A stretch of DNA of 60,538 bases, filler included, from Trypethelium eluteriae (lineage: Eukaryota), in assembly GCA_051942245.1 (NCBI GenBank). It is 3 parts of 3 records of this genome, joined end to end, with 100 filler letters (N's around TTAATTAATTAA, not from the genome) between each part and the next. Parts side by side here need not be neighbours in the genome. Positions count along the whole stretch, not along the records: positions 1 to 20,306 come from JAVECL010000500.1; positions 20,407 to 40,444 come from JAVECL010000504.1; 1 more part is not named here. One strand, written 5' to 3'. The position numbers and the translations under genes were made by a program. The notes under the pieces were generated by a model. That model was not told the origin of the DNA, did not search any database, and saw nothing but the letters and a program-made list of their open reading frames with translations. This document shows, in pieces, positions 13,677 to 26,706 of the stretch (the stretch's first letter is position 1; every line of letters begins with the position of its first letter).

Positions 13677-14584
13677 TGATGGCCTGTTCTACGAAGCAGA
13701 ATACAACGATGGAACCGGGCAGGACTGTAGGATATCGGTCCTGGGGGCTCGGAATCAATGACAACGAACGTCACCAATTGTTGTCTTTGTGGCGTTGGTG
13801 GATTTCTTTGGTATAAAGCATAGAGCTGGGCGACTGAATGCTGTACATAAAACCTCGAGCACCTATTGTTTTTCTAATGCGGACCGCTGGACAGTCCAAG
13901 CTTCAATTACACAATATCCAAAGACTACGGGGACATGTATGAGTGTCTACTGTATGCACACACGTACGTGTAGAGTACCTAGGCCAGGTACCTTATCTTA
14001 TGTACGGAGTACGATGCACCAATAATGATGAGTGAGGATCGTGGATAGGTCGTAGCCTGATTCGGACTAGTGCGGAGGAGAGCGAACAGCGGAAAATCCT
14101 GGGGCCGAGCAATGCGTTGCGACTCCTTCCTCACGCAACACGCCAGCGACCAGCGCAAGACCCATCGGCCACTCAACCTTGACGACCCCCACCATCAAAG
14201 AACACGTCCAGATTGCCCCTCAACGCCGCAACACGCGTGATCGCTATCTTCTCCCTTCCCAAAACGCTTACCCACAGCCTTGTCAGGCCGTCACGCTCGC
14301 TACCACGCCACTCAGCTTCGACCGCGACCTGCCTAACTGCCTTCCTCCGCAACATCACGCTCCCGGCACTACCTTTCACCGTCGCGACCTATTCACTACC
14401 CCGCCAAATCATTCAATCCCCAACCTCGAGAGAAGCCAGAGTCAGCGCGCAAGACCTGTGCGCCTTGCACCTGATTCGTCAATAACCCATCTCGTCGCGC
14501 TGCCCTCAGCCGGCGGCAGAACCGCCTCGGGGTGCTCCGACCACAACACATGCAATTATAAAGATCCGCTCACCTTCAGGAGGT

Positions 14585-17500
14585 ATGAACGGCACCACGG
14601 GACCGGTGCAGTCTGCGCCGGCCATGCCGCAGCAAGGCGCAATGCCATTAGGGGGCCAAATTACTCGCGAATATATTCAACAAGCTTTTCATGTATGTCT
14701 CATCATTTCCCCAACCAAAAGGCTCTACTTATATCTCGAAGAAATTCCAGCAAATGAGACAGCAAGGTGTCGCCGAAACAGACCCAGAGTATATCAAGCT
14801 TCGAAATCTACTCGCCGCCGTCCAACAACAGCAGAAGTATCAGCAGCAAAAGGCAATCCACCAGAAACAGCAACAGGCTCTTGCGCAACAGCAACGGCAA
14901 CAGCAATCAAATCAAGATGCTCAGCCGAATGGAATCAGTCAAAATGTCAATGGCTTCAAGCCCACCACACAACTTACCACAGACGGTCAGAATATGCAGA
15001 ACGGGCAGCCTCAGAATAACGCGTCTGCCCCACACGCTCAAGCCTTACCAACGAGTAAAGTGTCAGGCGGGTCGCAAATGTTTAGCCCCGAACATCTGAC
15101 CACCTTGCGGAATCAGATTGCAGCTTTCAAGACCCTTTCCAAAAATCTGCCCTTACCGGAAATGCTCCAGGCACAGCTGTTTCCTTCTCAGCAAGCAAAG
15201 AAAGCACAGGCATCTTCTGACACTCTCGCAAACGCCTCTCGCACTCTTGACGATGCTTCCAAAGCCCTTTCTGGCGGCGCCGTCCAACCTGTCGACGGGG
15301 AACAGATGGAGGGAACTCTTGATCATCATGTTTTCGATTCCTTCAGGTCCCCATTCGCGCCAATTCCCGAATTCGTCAACTATTCCGATCATCGCTGGAG
15401 ACAAAGGCGGGATATAGTACCGAGCATTTTCCCTGTTGGAGTGGACATCGATCGGGCGAGGGAGGAACGGGAGAATATTGTGTATAATCGCATCATCGCT
15501 CGCAGAGCCGAGCTCGAGAAACTGAATGCGAGCATTGGGTCGTGGGACACTAGGAAATCTATCACATCAGAAGACAACACAGATCTGAAACTGAAGGCCA
15601 TCATCGAATACAAGAAGCTCTGTCTGCTGCCCAAGCAGAGAGCTCTAAGGCAACAGATTGCTCGGGAAATGGTTCAGTCCGACAACCTTGCTATGACAGT
15701 TAACCGGTCAATGTATCGTCGGGTGAAGAAGCAATCCCTACGTGAGGCACGCATCACCGAGAAACTCGAAAAGCAACAGCGCGATGCTCGTGAGTCCAAA
15801 GAGAAGAAAAAGCACACGGATTTCCTCCGCGCGATTGTCACGCATGCTCACGATGTACAAAAAGAGGCCAATAATCAGCGCCAGAGAATACAGAAGCTGG
15901 GCCGTGTTATGTTATCCACCCATCAGACAATTGAGAAGGAAGAGCAGAAGCGAGTCGAGCGGACTGCGAAGCAGCGTCTACAGGCCTTGAAGGCCAATGA
16001 CGAGGAAACATATCTCAAGTTACTTGGACAAGCCAAGGACAGCCGTATCACACATTTGCTCAGCCAGACGAATAACTTCTTGAAACAGCTTTCTGCCTCG
16101 GTCAAAGAGCAACAACGTGGCCTGGCGGAACGCTACGGTGACAGAGGTGCACCAGAAGAAGAGTCGGACGAGGAAGAGGGCGAAGAGGACGAGGAGGGCG
16201 GCACAAGCAAGAAGGACTACTACGAAGTTGCCCATCGTATCAAGGAGGAAGTACCAGCGCAATCCACGAACCTTGTGGGAGGCTCCCTCAAAGAATATCA
16301 ATTAAAAGGCCTTCAGTGGATGATTTCGCTCTACAACAATAATCTCAATGGTATTCTTGCGGACGAGATGGGTCTTGGCAAGACCATCCAGACAATCAGT
16401 CTCGTCACATACCTGATCGAGAAAAAGCAACAGCCAGGTCCTTATCTCGTCATTGTTCCTCTCAGCACCCTTACCAACTGGAACAATGAATTCGAGAAAT
16501 GGGCTCCGTCTGTCAAGCGCATCGTGTACAAAGGTCCGCCTACGACACGAAAAGCTCAACAGCAGCAGATCCGATGGGGCAACTTTCAGGTTCTGTTGAC
16601 GACCTACGAGTTCATCATCAAGGACCGGCCAATCTTGAGCAAGGTGAAATGGCTTCACATGATCGTTGATGAGGGTCACCGGATGAAGAATGCAGAATCA
16701 AAACTGAGCAGCACCATCACGCAGTACTACACCACCCGATATCGGCTCATTCTGACGGGAACGCCTCTTCAGAACAATCTTCCGGAACTATGGGCACTTT
16801 TGAACTTTGTGCTGCCCACAATCTTCAAGTCAGTCAAGTCCTTTGACGAGTGGTTCAATACACCATTTGCGAATACTGGTGGTCAAGATAGGATGGAACT
16901 TAGTGAAGAAGAGCAATTGCTCGTGATTCGTCGTCTCCATAAAGTGCTTCGACCATTCTTACTTCGCCGTTTGAAGAAGGATGTAGAGAAAGACCTTCCT
17001 GACAAACAAGAGCGCGTCATTAAGTGCAACTTTTCCGCTTTACAGGCCAAATTGTATAAACAGCTTATGACAAATCAAAAGCTCACAGTTGGCGACGGAA
17101 AAGGTGGCAGGACTACCATGAAGGGTTTAAGCAACATGCTTATGCAACTCCGAAAGCTTTGCAACCATCCTTTTGTTTTTGAGGAGGTAGAAGACCAAGT
17201 CAATCCGAACCGAGTCAGTAACGACCTACTCTGGAGGACTGCTGGTAAGTTCGAGCTTCTAGACAGAATTCTTCCGAAGTTTGCGGCAACTGGCCATCGT
17301 GTTCTCATGTTCTTCCAAATGACTCAAATCATGAACATCATGGAGGACTTTCTACGATTAAGAGGCTTCAATTATCTACGTCTCGACGGGTCTACCAAAG
17401 CGGATGACCGTTCCGAGTTGCTCAAACAATTCAATGCGCCGGACTCACCCTACTTCTGCTTCCTGCTCTCCACTCGTGCCGGTGGCCTTGGTCTGAATTT

Positions 17501-18939
17501 ACAGACTGCAGATACCGTCGTCATTTACGACTCCGATTGGAATCCTCATCAAGATCTTCAGGCCCAAGATCGTGCTCATCGCATCGGCCAGAAGAATGAA
17601 GTCCGAATTCTTAGACTCATCACTTCCAACTCGGTTGAGGAAAAGATTCTCGAACGGGCACAGTTCAAGCTGGATATGGATGGCAAAGTCATTCAGGCTG
17701 GCAAATTCGATAACAAATCCACGAACGAAGAACGAGACGCTATGCTTAGGGTCATGATGGAATCCGCCGAAGCAGCGGACAATCTCGAGCAAGACGAAAT
17801 GGACGACGATGATCTCAATGTTATCATGATGCGTTCAGAAGAGGAGCTGACGACTTTCCAGCAAATAGATGCTGAACGTGCAAGGACTGATAGATATGGT
17901 CCAGGCCGTAAATTTCCACGCCTTCTCGGTGAAAACGAGCTTCCAGACATCTATCTGCATGATGAAGCTCCAGTCGTGCAAGAAGTCGAAGAAATCTTCG
18001 GCCGCGGCGCGCGAGAGCGCACTCGCGTGAAGTACGACGACGGGCTTACAGAAGAGCAGTGGCTGGACGCTGTCGACAATGACGATGACACTATTGAAGA
18101 AGCCATTGCACGCAAACAGGCTGCAAAGGATCGTCGCGCTGTGAACAAGGAGAAGAAGCAGCATGGTCCGGGAGCAAGCACGCCTGCGGATTCTCGTGAT
18201 AGTTCCGAAAGCCCTGCCCCACAACCGAGGAAGCGCGGGCGTAAGCCAAAGGATGTCAACAAACGCAAGGTTGACGATGCGGCACTGGATTCGGACGCTC
18301 TTACTGCACCTGCGAAGAAACGCGGGCGACAAGCCAAAGTCGTGGAAACCCTCTCGCCTGAAGATCGTATCACTCTCCAGAATATCCTCGACTCGGTACA
18401 TAACAGTCTCAATGACCTCGAAGAGACAAGTACGGATCCGGATCTTCCAAATCGTGGTATCATCGACCCATTCCTGGAACTGCCGCCAAAGAATGATTAT
18501 CCGGATTACTATATGATCATCAAGAATCCAATCTGCATGGCGCAGATTACAAGAAAGATCAACCGTAAGGAGTATCAGAATCTCAAGCAGTTCAGACAGG
18601 ACGTTGGCTTGCTTTGCAATAACTGCAGAACTTATAATGAGGACGGAAGCATACTCTACCAGGATGCCAATCTCATCGAGGTATGAGCGCTTCGGAAATG
18701 CAAGTCCTTGTGGCCCTACTGACTATGGTGGTAGGAAACGCTAGTGAAGAAACTGAAGGAGGAAACCGAAGGTCATCCTGAGTTCGCAGACTTCGACGAT
18801 AGAACGTCGTCGACTGGCGATGGTCGATCAACTGCGCCAATTTCCAGCGTTGGGACGCCTTTGGCATCTGGCGGAACGAATTGTACGTGTCTATCGCTTC
18901 CCTTGACAACGAAGACGTCGAGCTGACCATTTGACAGAA
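14585..18939 (+). CDS. snf21: SWI/SNF-RSC catalytic ATPase (Snf2/Sth1/Snf21): QLQ, HSA, SNF2_N, helicase C, SnAC, bromodomain
   Basis: GILADEMGLGKTIQT, DEGHRMKN, TGTPLQNNL, STRAGGLGLNLQ, QAQDRAHRIGQ and the bromodomain YPDYYMIIKNPI...YNEDGS. Introns ~14694-14741, 18681-18734 and 18883-18937. Confidence 0.96.
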
Positions 18940-19402
18940 TGAATAAATTTCCTTAACAATGCAATCGCATTGGAGATACCTTTGACACATCACTTTGAAA
19001 TCGGGAGCCTTAGAGGAGTTGGCTAATCACTGGCCATACGGGACTGCCTTGGGGGAAAATGGATACACTTAGTTCTCACTTTTGTTACTCTTCCGATACA
19101 AGTCCTCCGGTCACTCATGTTCCTTTGCAACCCTAGAGACAGGAGAATTGACGTGCAAGATACAGGCAAAGGGGTGGCTGTTGAGATTATTTCCATTCAG
19201 CACAGGACTGCTGCCGCGTTTTTTGTATTTGAGTAGTGTATTCTACACAGAGTAGGCCAATGAGAAGACCTTTTCAAAATGTCAACATACTAGAGTATGT
19301 CTATCCGAGTAGTTTTTATGAATCGAAGAGAGACCTCAAAACTTTAACCATGGGGAGGCTTCTTACCGGCCAGGCTGTTCAGTCATACCAAAGCAAGAGC
19401 CT

Positions 19403-20306
19403 CTAATCTAAGCGTTCAGGCCCTGTCTTGGTCTCTTGCCTGCGATTCCATTTCACGCAGTCCTCAAATCGAACCCCCTTTCCCCCGAAAATATCGAGAG
19501 CACTCCCGATTGTCAGATCCACTAACCCACCGCTTAAACGCTTCACATTCTCGAGGTCCTCGATGCTACGGCCGCCGCCAGCATATGTGATGGCAAATGG
19601 CTGGTATTCGGCAGGGACGGAGCGGCACCACGTACCAAGGCAGGCAACAAGCTCGTTGTCTATGCCGCGTTGAAGACCCTCTTTGTCGGCGGCGTGGATG
19701 AGAAGTTCGGAGCAGAACGGTGCGAGGACGTGGATAGAGTCTAGATAGGGAGCGAGAGCGAACGCGTTAGTCGCCTGAAGGGCGGTTCTCAAGCAGGGAC
19801 TATGACCATAGTGATGAGGTTTGTGGTGAAAATGGCGGTGGCTGTGATGGCGAAATTGGTAGAAGGGAAACGAGATTTACCTTGGTTGACCTCCATATCT
19901 GTCAACCTCGTCCACTTGTCCATCGCTACTACCCACTTTCCCTGGACTTGCTTACAGCTCACGTCCACAACCAACTTCTCTCGGTCGCCTCCCAAAGCCG
20001 CGAGCACCGCCTTCAACCGTTCGAGGGAGAAGCGTGCGGACGGGAAAAGGTATGATGTGATGATTACCTACTGCTGCTCATTAGCACCACTCTACTTCAC
20101 ATCTCTCGATATTTCCTGCATCCCACCAAACTCCAATTCCTTACCCCCAGTAGCCATCATACAGCCACGAACACCTCCCTCCTCGTTACCATCAACAGTA
20201 GAGGTATGGCAGATGACAACAGAAATGACGACAACGAGAAGAACGACTAAACCCACCTTCTCCGCACCTGCCTCAACCCACCCCCTCGCGCTCCCCTCAT
20301 CGATCC
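19403..20306 (-). CDS. HIS6: ProFAR isomerase (HisA-type), 5' part lost in assembly gap
   Basis: [24 protein letters not shown]...[44 protein letters not shown]. Confidence 0.93.
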
Positions 20307-20406
20307 NNNNNNNNNNNNNNNNNNNNNNNNNNNNNNNNNNNNNNNNNNNNTTAATTAATTAANNNNNNNNNNNNNNNNNNNNNNNNNNNNNNNNNNNNNN
20401 NNNNNN
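20307..20406. other. Artificial contig spacer (N-run, TTAATTAATTAA, N-run)
   Basis: Palindromic 12-mer with stops in all six frames embedded in Ns; identical copy at 40445-40544. Confidence 0.97.
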
Positions 20407-23400
20407 GTCTTGGAGGATGGATTGGAGGTCTTCGGGGATCTGTTGAGAAGGGGAAGTTTTTGCGTTAGTGGTGTGATGGGTTGGGAAGGAAGGATTGGGG
20501 AGGGCTGGGGAGGTGAGACGACGTACCTCGCACATTGTCTCGTTGAACTCGATGAGACTGTGTACGGCCTCGATCGCCAAGAAGCTATCGTCCATGCCTG
20601 AGGTCTTGGAGTTCGAGAAGAGGATGTTGGGAGCCATGACTGTAGCGAGATTGTGAATATCCATTTTGCTGCCTGATTCATCATCGACATGGGAGAAAGA
20701 CGAGCACCAATTGAGGAAGCAGAAGAGGACTTCCATGGTATCGCGGTGGGCTTTTGGCAGGAGACAGCAGGTGAGATGCAGTACTCGACGTCGTTTCTCA
20801 GCGTCGGCAATTTCTGGAAAAGATGATCAGTCAAATCGGCATTTCTAAAGCACACAACGCCATTGACATGAAATCGCTGTGTAAAGGTTGGAAACTTACG
20901 CTGACTCTGAATGAACAACCGATGCAGCTTGAATGTCATCACAGGATCAGGTAACGCTCTGAGGAATCTCTTCAGCAAAGCAGCAACCTGGACCGGACTC
21001 TCGCGATTCAGATCTACCGCGTCACCTCCTTTCGCATCGATCTCTTCAGCCATCTCCTTCAACTTCTTGATATTGCCGTTCTTTCTGAAAACCCCTTCAA
21101 CACTCATATCCATAGTCCTCATGGCGGATACTGCGTCTTGGACCAGAGCCGGAACCCTCAGCGCACCAGGACCAACACCATCTGTCGATTCCGCTCCGTC
21201 ACGTTCGGCAATCTGATCGAGAGGTACACCAAACACGCCATTTTTCTTCTTGCCATGTTGTTTCTTTTGTCCCGACTCTTTCGCCCCAAAAGCCTTTCCA
21301 AATTTACCCCAGAAAGTGGGAGATCGCTTCGTTTCGATCATATCAAGGAGCTCTTCTTGATTGAAAGCACCTTCTAGGAGAGGCTCCATAGACAGGACTG
21401 CAACATGTCGAATGATGAAGTATTCCAGAGCAGACAGTTCAGAGAAATATCTCTTGCTGCGAAACTGTACTTCAGCCTTTTCGAGCTCTTGTGCGCCGGA
21501 GAAGTCTCGCCGATGGCCGTTGACGAGCTTAGGTCTGGGTTCCTGAGGTATCATGGGTCCCCGAGCGTATTTCGAAGCATTCGGTCGTTGCTCCCTTGCC
21601 TGTTCCGCGGCGACCAATCTTGGAATGTCGTCTAAGGTGATGCCATTGCTCTCACCCAATATCAATTGGTTGCCATTTTCACCGTTGGCATCCCGGTCTT
21701 GGACAATCTGGAAGTTGTTATTGTGTTTGGATGCTGTACCTTCTCCAGATGAGCCAGGTCGGACCGTAGCACCCTCGGGACCGTCAATGATCCTTGACGT
21801 TCTTGCTTTCTTCATAGTCTGAGAAAGATGCTTGTCCATGCGCGTCGACCGTAGCCGACGAATATCGCCGAGGGTCTGCTCGTACGTCGGCCGTTCTCCT
21901 TCCTCCTTTCTGCTTTCACCTGCGAATGACTTGGACCGCGAGGCCAGCCGCATGTCATTGACATCCACAGTTTCACCTGTTGGTGTAAGTCGAAGTCCTT
22001 GATTCGAGTCGTAGACGGAGAGATTCGGATCATCTAAAGAAACGTTCACTTCTGTCGACCTATTTTGTTGGTGTGTATACTTACCAGACGTGTGTGGCAA
22101 CGCACCACTTGTCCGAAGCGTTGCCAATAACCTAGCATGAGCCACTTTGAGTAGATGAACATACTGCATAAGCCTTGAAATATGCGCAAATCCACCTTCA
22201 ACGTCTGGCACTCGCAGAGAACAATCTCTACAAAGGAGCTTGAAGGCCGTCTCGCTCCAACGAGCATCCTCGAGGTGATGACTGAGATCCTTTTCGCATT
22301 TTTGACATGCCATGCAGTTCGTGTGAAAAACTCTTCTCCTGTTTTTAACGCACTTGTCTTCGACGGGTTTGTCGCAGACTGGGCAAGTGTCAGCGGACTT
22401 ATCGACATATTCGCTTGGCTCGCCCCATGAATTGCGATTGTCCTCAACTTCCATGCGCTCTTCTAGTAGATTGACTTGTTCAAGGAAAGACTGTAAACCA
22501 TCTTGTGATCCAGTTTCCCGCTCAAGTTTCAGCGCGCCTTGTAGACATATCCTGATCAGCAGTTTCAGGTAGTGAGCTAGCCCAGTCACTAGTGATAGTA
22601 GTTCTTGAGTAACTCCAAGTCTTCGGACCCCAGTCGTTTGCGACTCGCGTAGTAGACCGAAGAAAGCAACGACTTTCTTGCAGAGCAATTTGGCTTCTCG
22701 AGAATACGTGAGTCCTGGCAAGAGGTCAGTAATCTCCTCTTTCATATCCTAAACATATTTCCTTACCTTTTGGTAGTCTTGCAGTCAACATGGAATCCAA
22801 ACCATCCGCAGCGCTAAATAGCATCTCTACGTGCATGATGAATTTCTTGGCAGCCATGACACCGTCAACGTAAGCGCCATTGCTTACATGTAGCAGCATG
22901 TCCGATATGCACGTGGCTGAACGCTCTTCAAAATTCGACAACGTTCTCCAGATCCATAAGACCTTTTCTTCCACCTTCTCTTCATCACTCCGCACCATGG
23001 CCCGCATCTCCTCTGTCGCGTCTTCTTCCGACAGCTCCCCTCCGGCGATCGCATGACTACTGCTCGCTAATCTCACATTCCAGTATTTGTGGATCATATA
23101 GCATTCTGGATGCCAGTGTTGATTCTGACCGTTCCGAAAGATTTCGACGAATTGTTTCAGAATAGAGGTTTGACAGCCGTTGCATCTTTGCGCGAATCGG
23201 GTGGAGTAGTGGTAGTGACAATAGACGCTGCCCTCATGTTCGTAGTAGCTGTCTTGAGCGCCGAAGACTGTGGGACAGACGGAGCAAGTGAAGTGTTCGA
23301 TGTGGTATTTACGGTCGAGAGCTGTGATATAAGAGCCGCGAAGAGCGCCGCCACAAGCGTAGCATAGGAGATCGAGTCTCTTGAAGTAGTCCGTCTCACA

Positions 23401-23971
23401 CAGTGGGTATTGATTTGGAGGTTGGTCGGGAACAGGGAAGAATTTTGAGGCAACAATCTTGCCGCAGTCCTGCACCCGCATCAGCCTCGACGATGGCGGT
23501 TATCAGATATTCATATGAACTTACATGACAAGTAAAACACTCGAGATGGTACGTGTTCTCCAATGCTCTCACGAATTGCCCAGTCAGAGGTTCTTGACAT
23601 TTGCCACAAATCCGCTGATTGCTGCTTCCTCTTCGCCCACCATGTGTTCGTGACCTCTCTCTCCCTGCCGGGCTCCGTGGCGAATTATCGTTCCTTGCTC
23701 TTCTAATATCATTTTCCGAGGGCACGTCAAGGTCCATAGGTGATCCGGTAGCTGGATCTATAGGGCGGGAGTTTTTTCGTCTCTGGCTAGATGGCGGAGC
23801 ATTGGAGTATCCATTGGTAGGCAAATGAAGCTCATCGCCACTAGTGCCGGTAGGGAATGAGCCAGGCATATCCGCTTCTTCATATGAATCTTGCCTATAT
23901 CCGGCGGGCGGTCCCATGCCAGCTGGTCGCATTCCTGCCGGAAGAAATTGATCCTCATATGAAGAGCCCAT
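20407..23971 (-). CDS. LRG1: LIM-domain Rho GTPase-activating protein, 3' end lost in gap
   Basis: LIM zinc motifs (CGKCQEPL...YHLECFTC; CYACGGAL...YHIEHFTCSVC; CNGC...WHPEC) and RhoGAP (VEGVFRKNG, AALLKRFLRALPDP, KMDIHNLATVMAPNIL). Start codon uncertain. Confidence 0.92.
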
Positions 23972-25195
23972 TGTTCGAAATTAATATCCTTTCCTTTCCT
24001 AAGCCTTGCCCAATCCTTCCGCAAGTATTACTACCGAGATACCATTCGCAAGCAATGTGATAAATGATGTTGAGTGGCAATGATGGGGGAAGAATGAGTG
24101 ACTGAGGTCAGAAGGTTCTGTCTAGGAGGGCGTAGACGTTGACGGTCCGGATGGCGTAAGATTTCTGGTATAGGCGCTGACAATCAGCGATCGAGGTGTA
24201 GGTCCACAATCAAGGAGGCCGCACCGCGTCGTTGGAAATTGGATGGATAAAGCCAAATGAGCAATCGAGATGTCGATCCACTACCAAGCTGTGCACAAAG
24301 CAGATCGTTGCAATCTTCGGACATCGGTAGCGCGAGTAGTCCTTTAGGGTCAGAACCGACTTCCTTGACTCGGTCGTGAAATAGGTGCACCCAGCAAGAT
24401 AACCTTGAGCAGCTGAAGGACTGGCGACAAGCAGGGCGGGTGTTCGTTCGTCGACCCAGGAATCCCAATCAGCCAGCACACTGCCTTCACAGAACCTGCT
24501 AGGAGACAGAACAGCGCCGACAGTAATGCGACGTTGTGGCTCGAAGCTGCAACGGGCCGTGATCAAGTCTCCCTGCGACGATGTCGAAGGTGGACGCAAA
24601 ACGAATCCCTGGCCGAGATGAAACGCCCGAACGCGGCTCGGCTCAAATTTAGAACGCGGAAGAGGGCAAGTCGACCGCTGCACCTTCAACTCCGATCGAG
24701 TTTAAACAATTCTCCGGAGGCGGGCGAATAGCGAGGTGGGAAGGAGGCGAAACTGGTCGTTTGAAAGCAGGTATTTTGCACGTCTTGCTTTTGGGACGAG
24801 TCGCTGAAGATGCAGGTGCAGCGAGAACGGAACCAATCAAAAGTCGCCGAGCCAACGTGGCAGACTTTCCACAAGTAGAGGGATGAAGCTTGTACGCCAG
24901 GTTTTCTGGATCTTCTGGCTCGTACAGAGTACCTTTGTACCTTATCCTTTCGCACCTTCAAGTGCCTGCGAGGCTGATGCAAGGGTCCTGACGCTATCAC
25001 CAGACTGTCAAGCCGGCGGATCACGTGATATCGAAATCCACCACTTCTGTCTCAAGCTGTTTGCGGAGAACGCTCAGCTTCAAGCCACCGCCCCACCACC
25101 CTGAACCTGCCAAACTCTAAAACCTCGTCATCTCTTTGCGCCCTCGTGGGGCCCTTGATATTTATCATCGCCATCACCAAAGCCGCTGCAAAACC

Positions 25196-25743
25196 ATGGC
25201 ATCTCGCCCCCGTCCTCCACCCCCAGCAGAAGAGCAAGTCGGCCAGTCTCTTTCCCTCGGCGAGTTCCAGAATGTGCAGTCGCTCTCCCTCAGCGCCGCG
25301 CGCATGATTCTGCACGCCATGATAAACCACCGTCAGAAAGGGTCCAAGGATGGCAGCATTGCCATGCCCGAGACCGAGACCCTCAACAAGACGCTCGACT
25401 ATCTGGAGCTCTTTGCTCGCTTCAAGGACCAGGAAACAACACAGAGCGTGGAGAACATTCTCGGGAACTACGACGAATTAGATACGTTTGAGAAGAGCCA
25501 GCTCGGTAGGTGATCGCTGTGATGCGCACGCGTCTTTCCTTACTTCCTTCCGAATAGAGGTTCTGGGGCATATGCATATGCCTCTCATATTGAATGCTGA
25601 TCAATTCTGTAGCGTCGCTCTGCTGCGTCGAAGTCGACGAAGCCAAGACCCTCATTCCTTCGCTTGCGAACAAAATCTCCGACGCGGATCTCAAAGATCT
25701 CCTCGACCAGATCATCGCTAAGCGGCAGTTTATGGACAGTTAG
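25196..25743 (+). CDS. RPB4: RNA polymerase II subunit Rpb4
   Basis: LSLGEFQNVQSLSLSAAR, KTLDYLELFARFKD, FEKSQL|ASLCC..DEAKTLIPSLANKISD; one intron. Confidence 0.93.
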
Positions 25744-26706
25744 GCACTCTCCACACCTGAGACTCCCCTGGCGGGAGTCTTTGCGAGGCTTTGAATCGCA
25801 AGATTAGTTTTTGCTCATTTTTGAATGAATAGGGAGTTCCGCTGAGGACAAGATATGATTTACAGCATGGCGTTCGAGCGTGTCACAAAATTTAGAAGGT
25901 TCACTCGGGCGCGTAGGATTGGGCACCAAGAGGACGGTCGAACAGTGCAACTGCAAGCTAGAATGTACACTAACGACAGCGATGGAGTGGTCAACCAAGT
26001 GGGCTATTAAGATTCTTTGATTCAGCTGTAGAAGGCTACATCAATATGTCAAATCGCAAGTCTCAATCTCTTTCGCCCAAATTCCCCGAGTTCGGTCTCG
26101 AAGCACGCCGAGCCGTATTGAAAGACAAGCTTCGCAGCCAATTTATTCGACGACAACAACGCAGAATGCCTGGGCAGTAGTGGCAACGACACCATTGAGG
26201 TACCCCTTTTCCTGTTTACTGAAAACGGAAATTTTCAAATTTTCGCCTGCTTGCCCAGCCTTTTTGATCTCGCCATTGCCGCCGCATTCAGTATAAGCAC
26301 AGAAAAGAGAAGAGATGCCACCCATGGCATTTTATTGGAGAACGCAACGCACGCACGCGATGTCACAATGTAACAAAACAGGAATGAAATAGTGAGATGA
26401 GAGACAGATGTGTCTGGTATCAACGAATGTGTAGGGGACGGATTAGATACCCTCCCAAATCCCGAGTCTTCCCTGGAAGCCAACGCCGACTGTTCCCAAG
26501 ACCACAGTTTGTGTACGTGGAAAGCAATCGGAGCAAAGTGAAAAGAAATCACATATTCCCACCAACACCATGCTGTAGTGAGACCCCGGTAAGACGAGCA
26601 GAGAAACAATAATGAGACAGCCTCAGTAGCACGGCAATTGTAGTGAAAGAAGTAGTGAGAATGGACGATAGACAAAGGAAACTGCAAATTTTCGGCAACG
26701 ACATCA

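Noticed and set aside
14179..14757. 192-aa ORF overlapping the Snf2 5' region
   Set aside because: Starts at a non-ATG codon, is out of frame with the gene and has no motifs; likely 5' leader.
20307..20406. TTAATTAATTAA palindrome within Ns (also 40445-40544)
   Set aside because: Identical artificial six-frame-stop spacer. HIS6, LRG1 and PLC truncations are assembly effects, and cross-gap gene clustering cannot be inferred.
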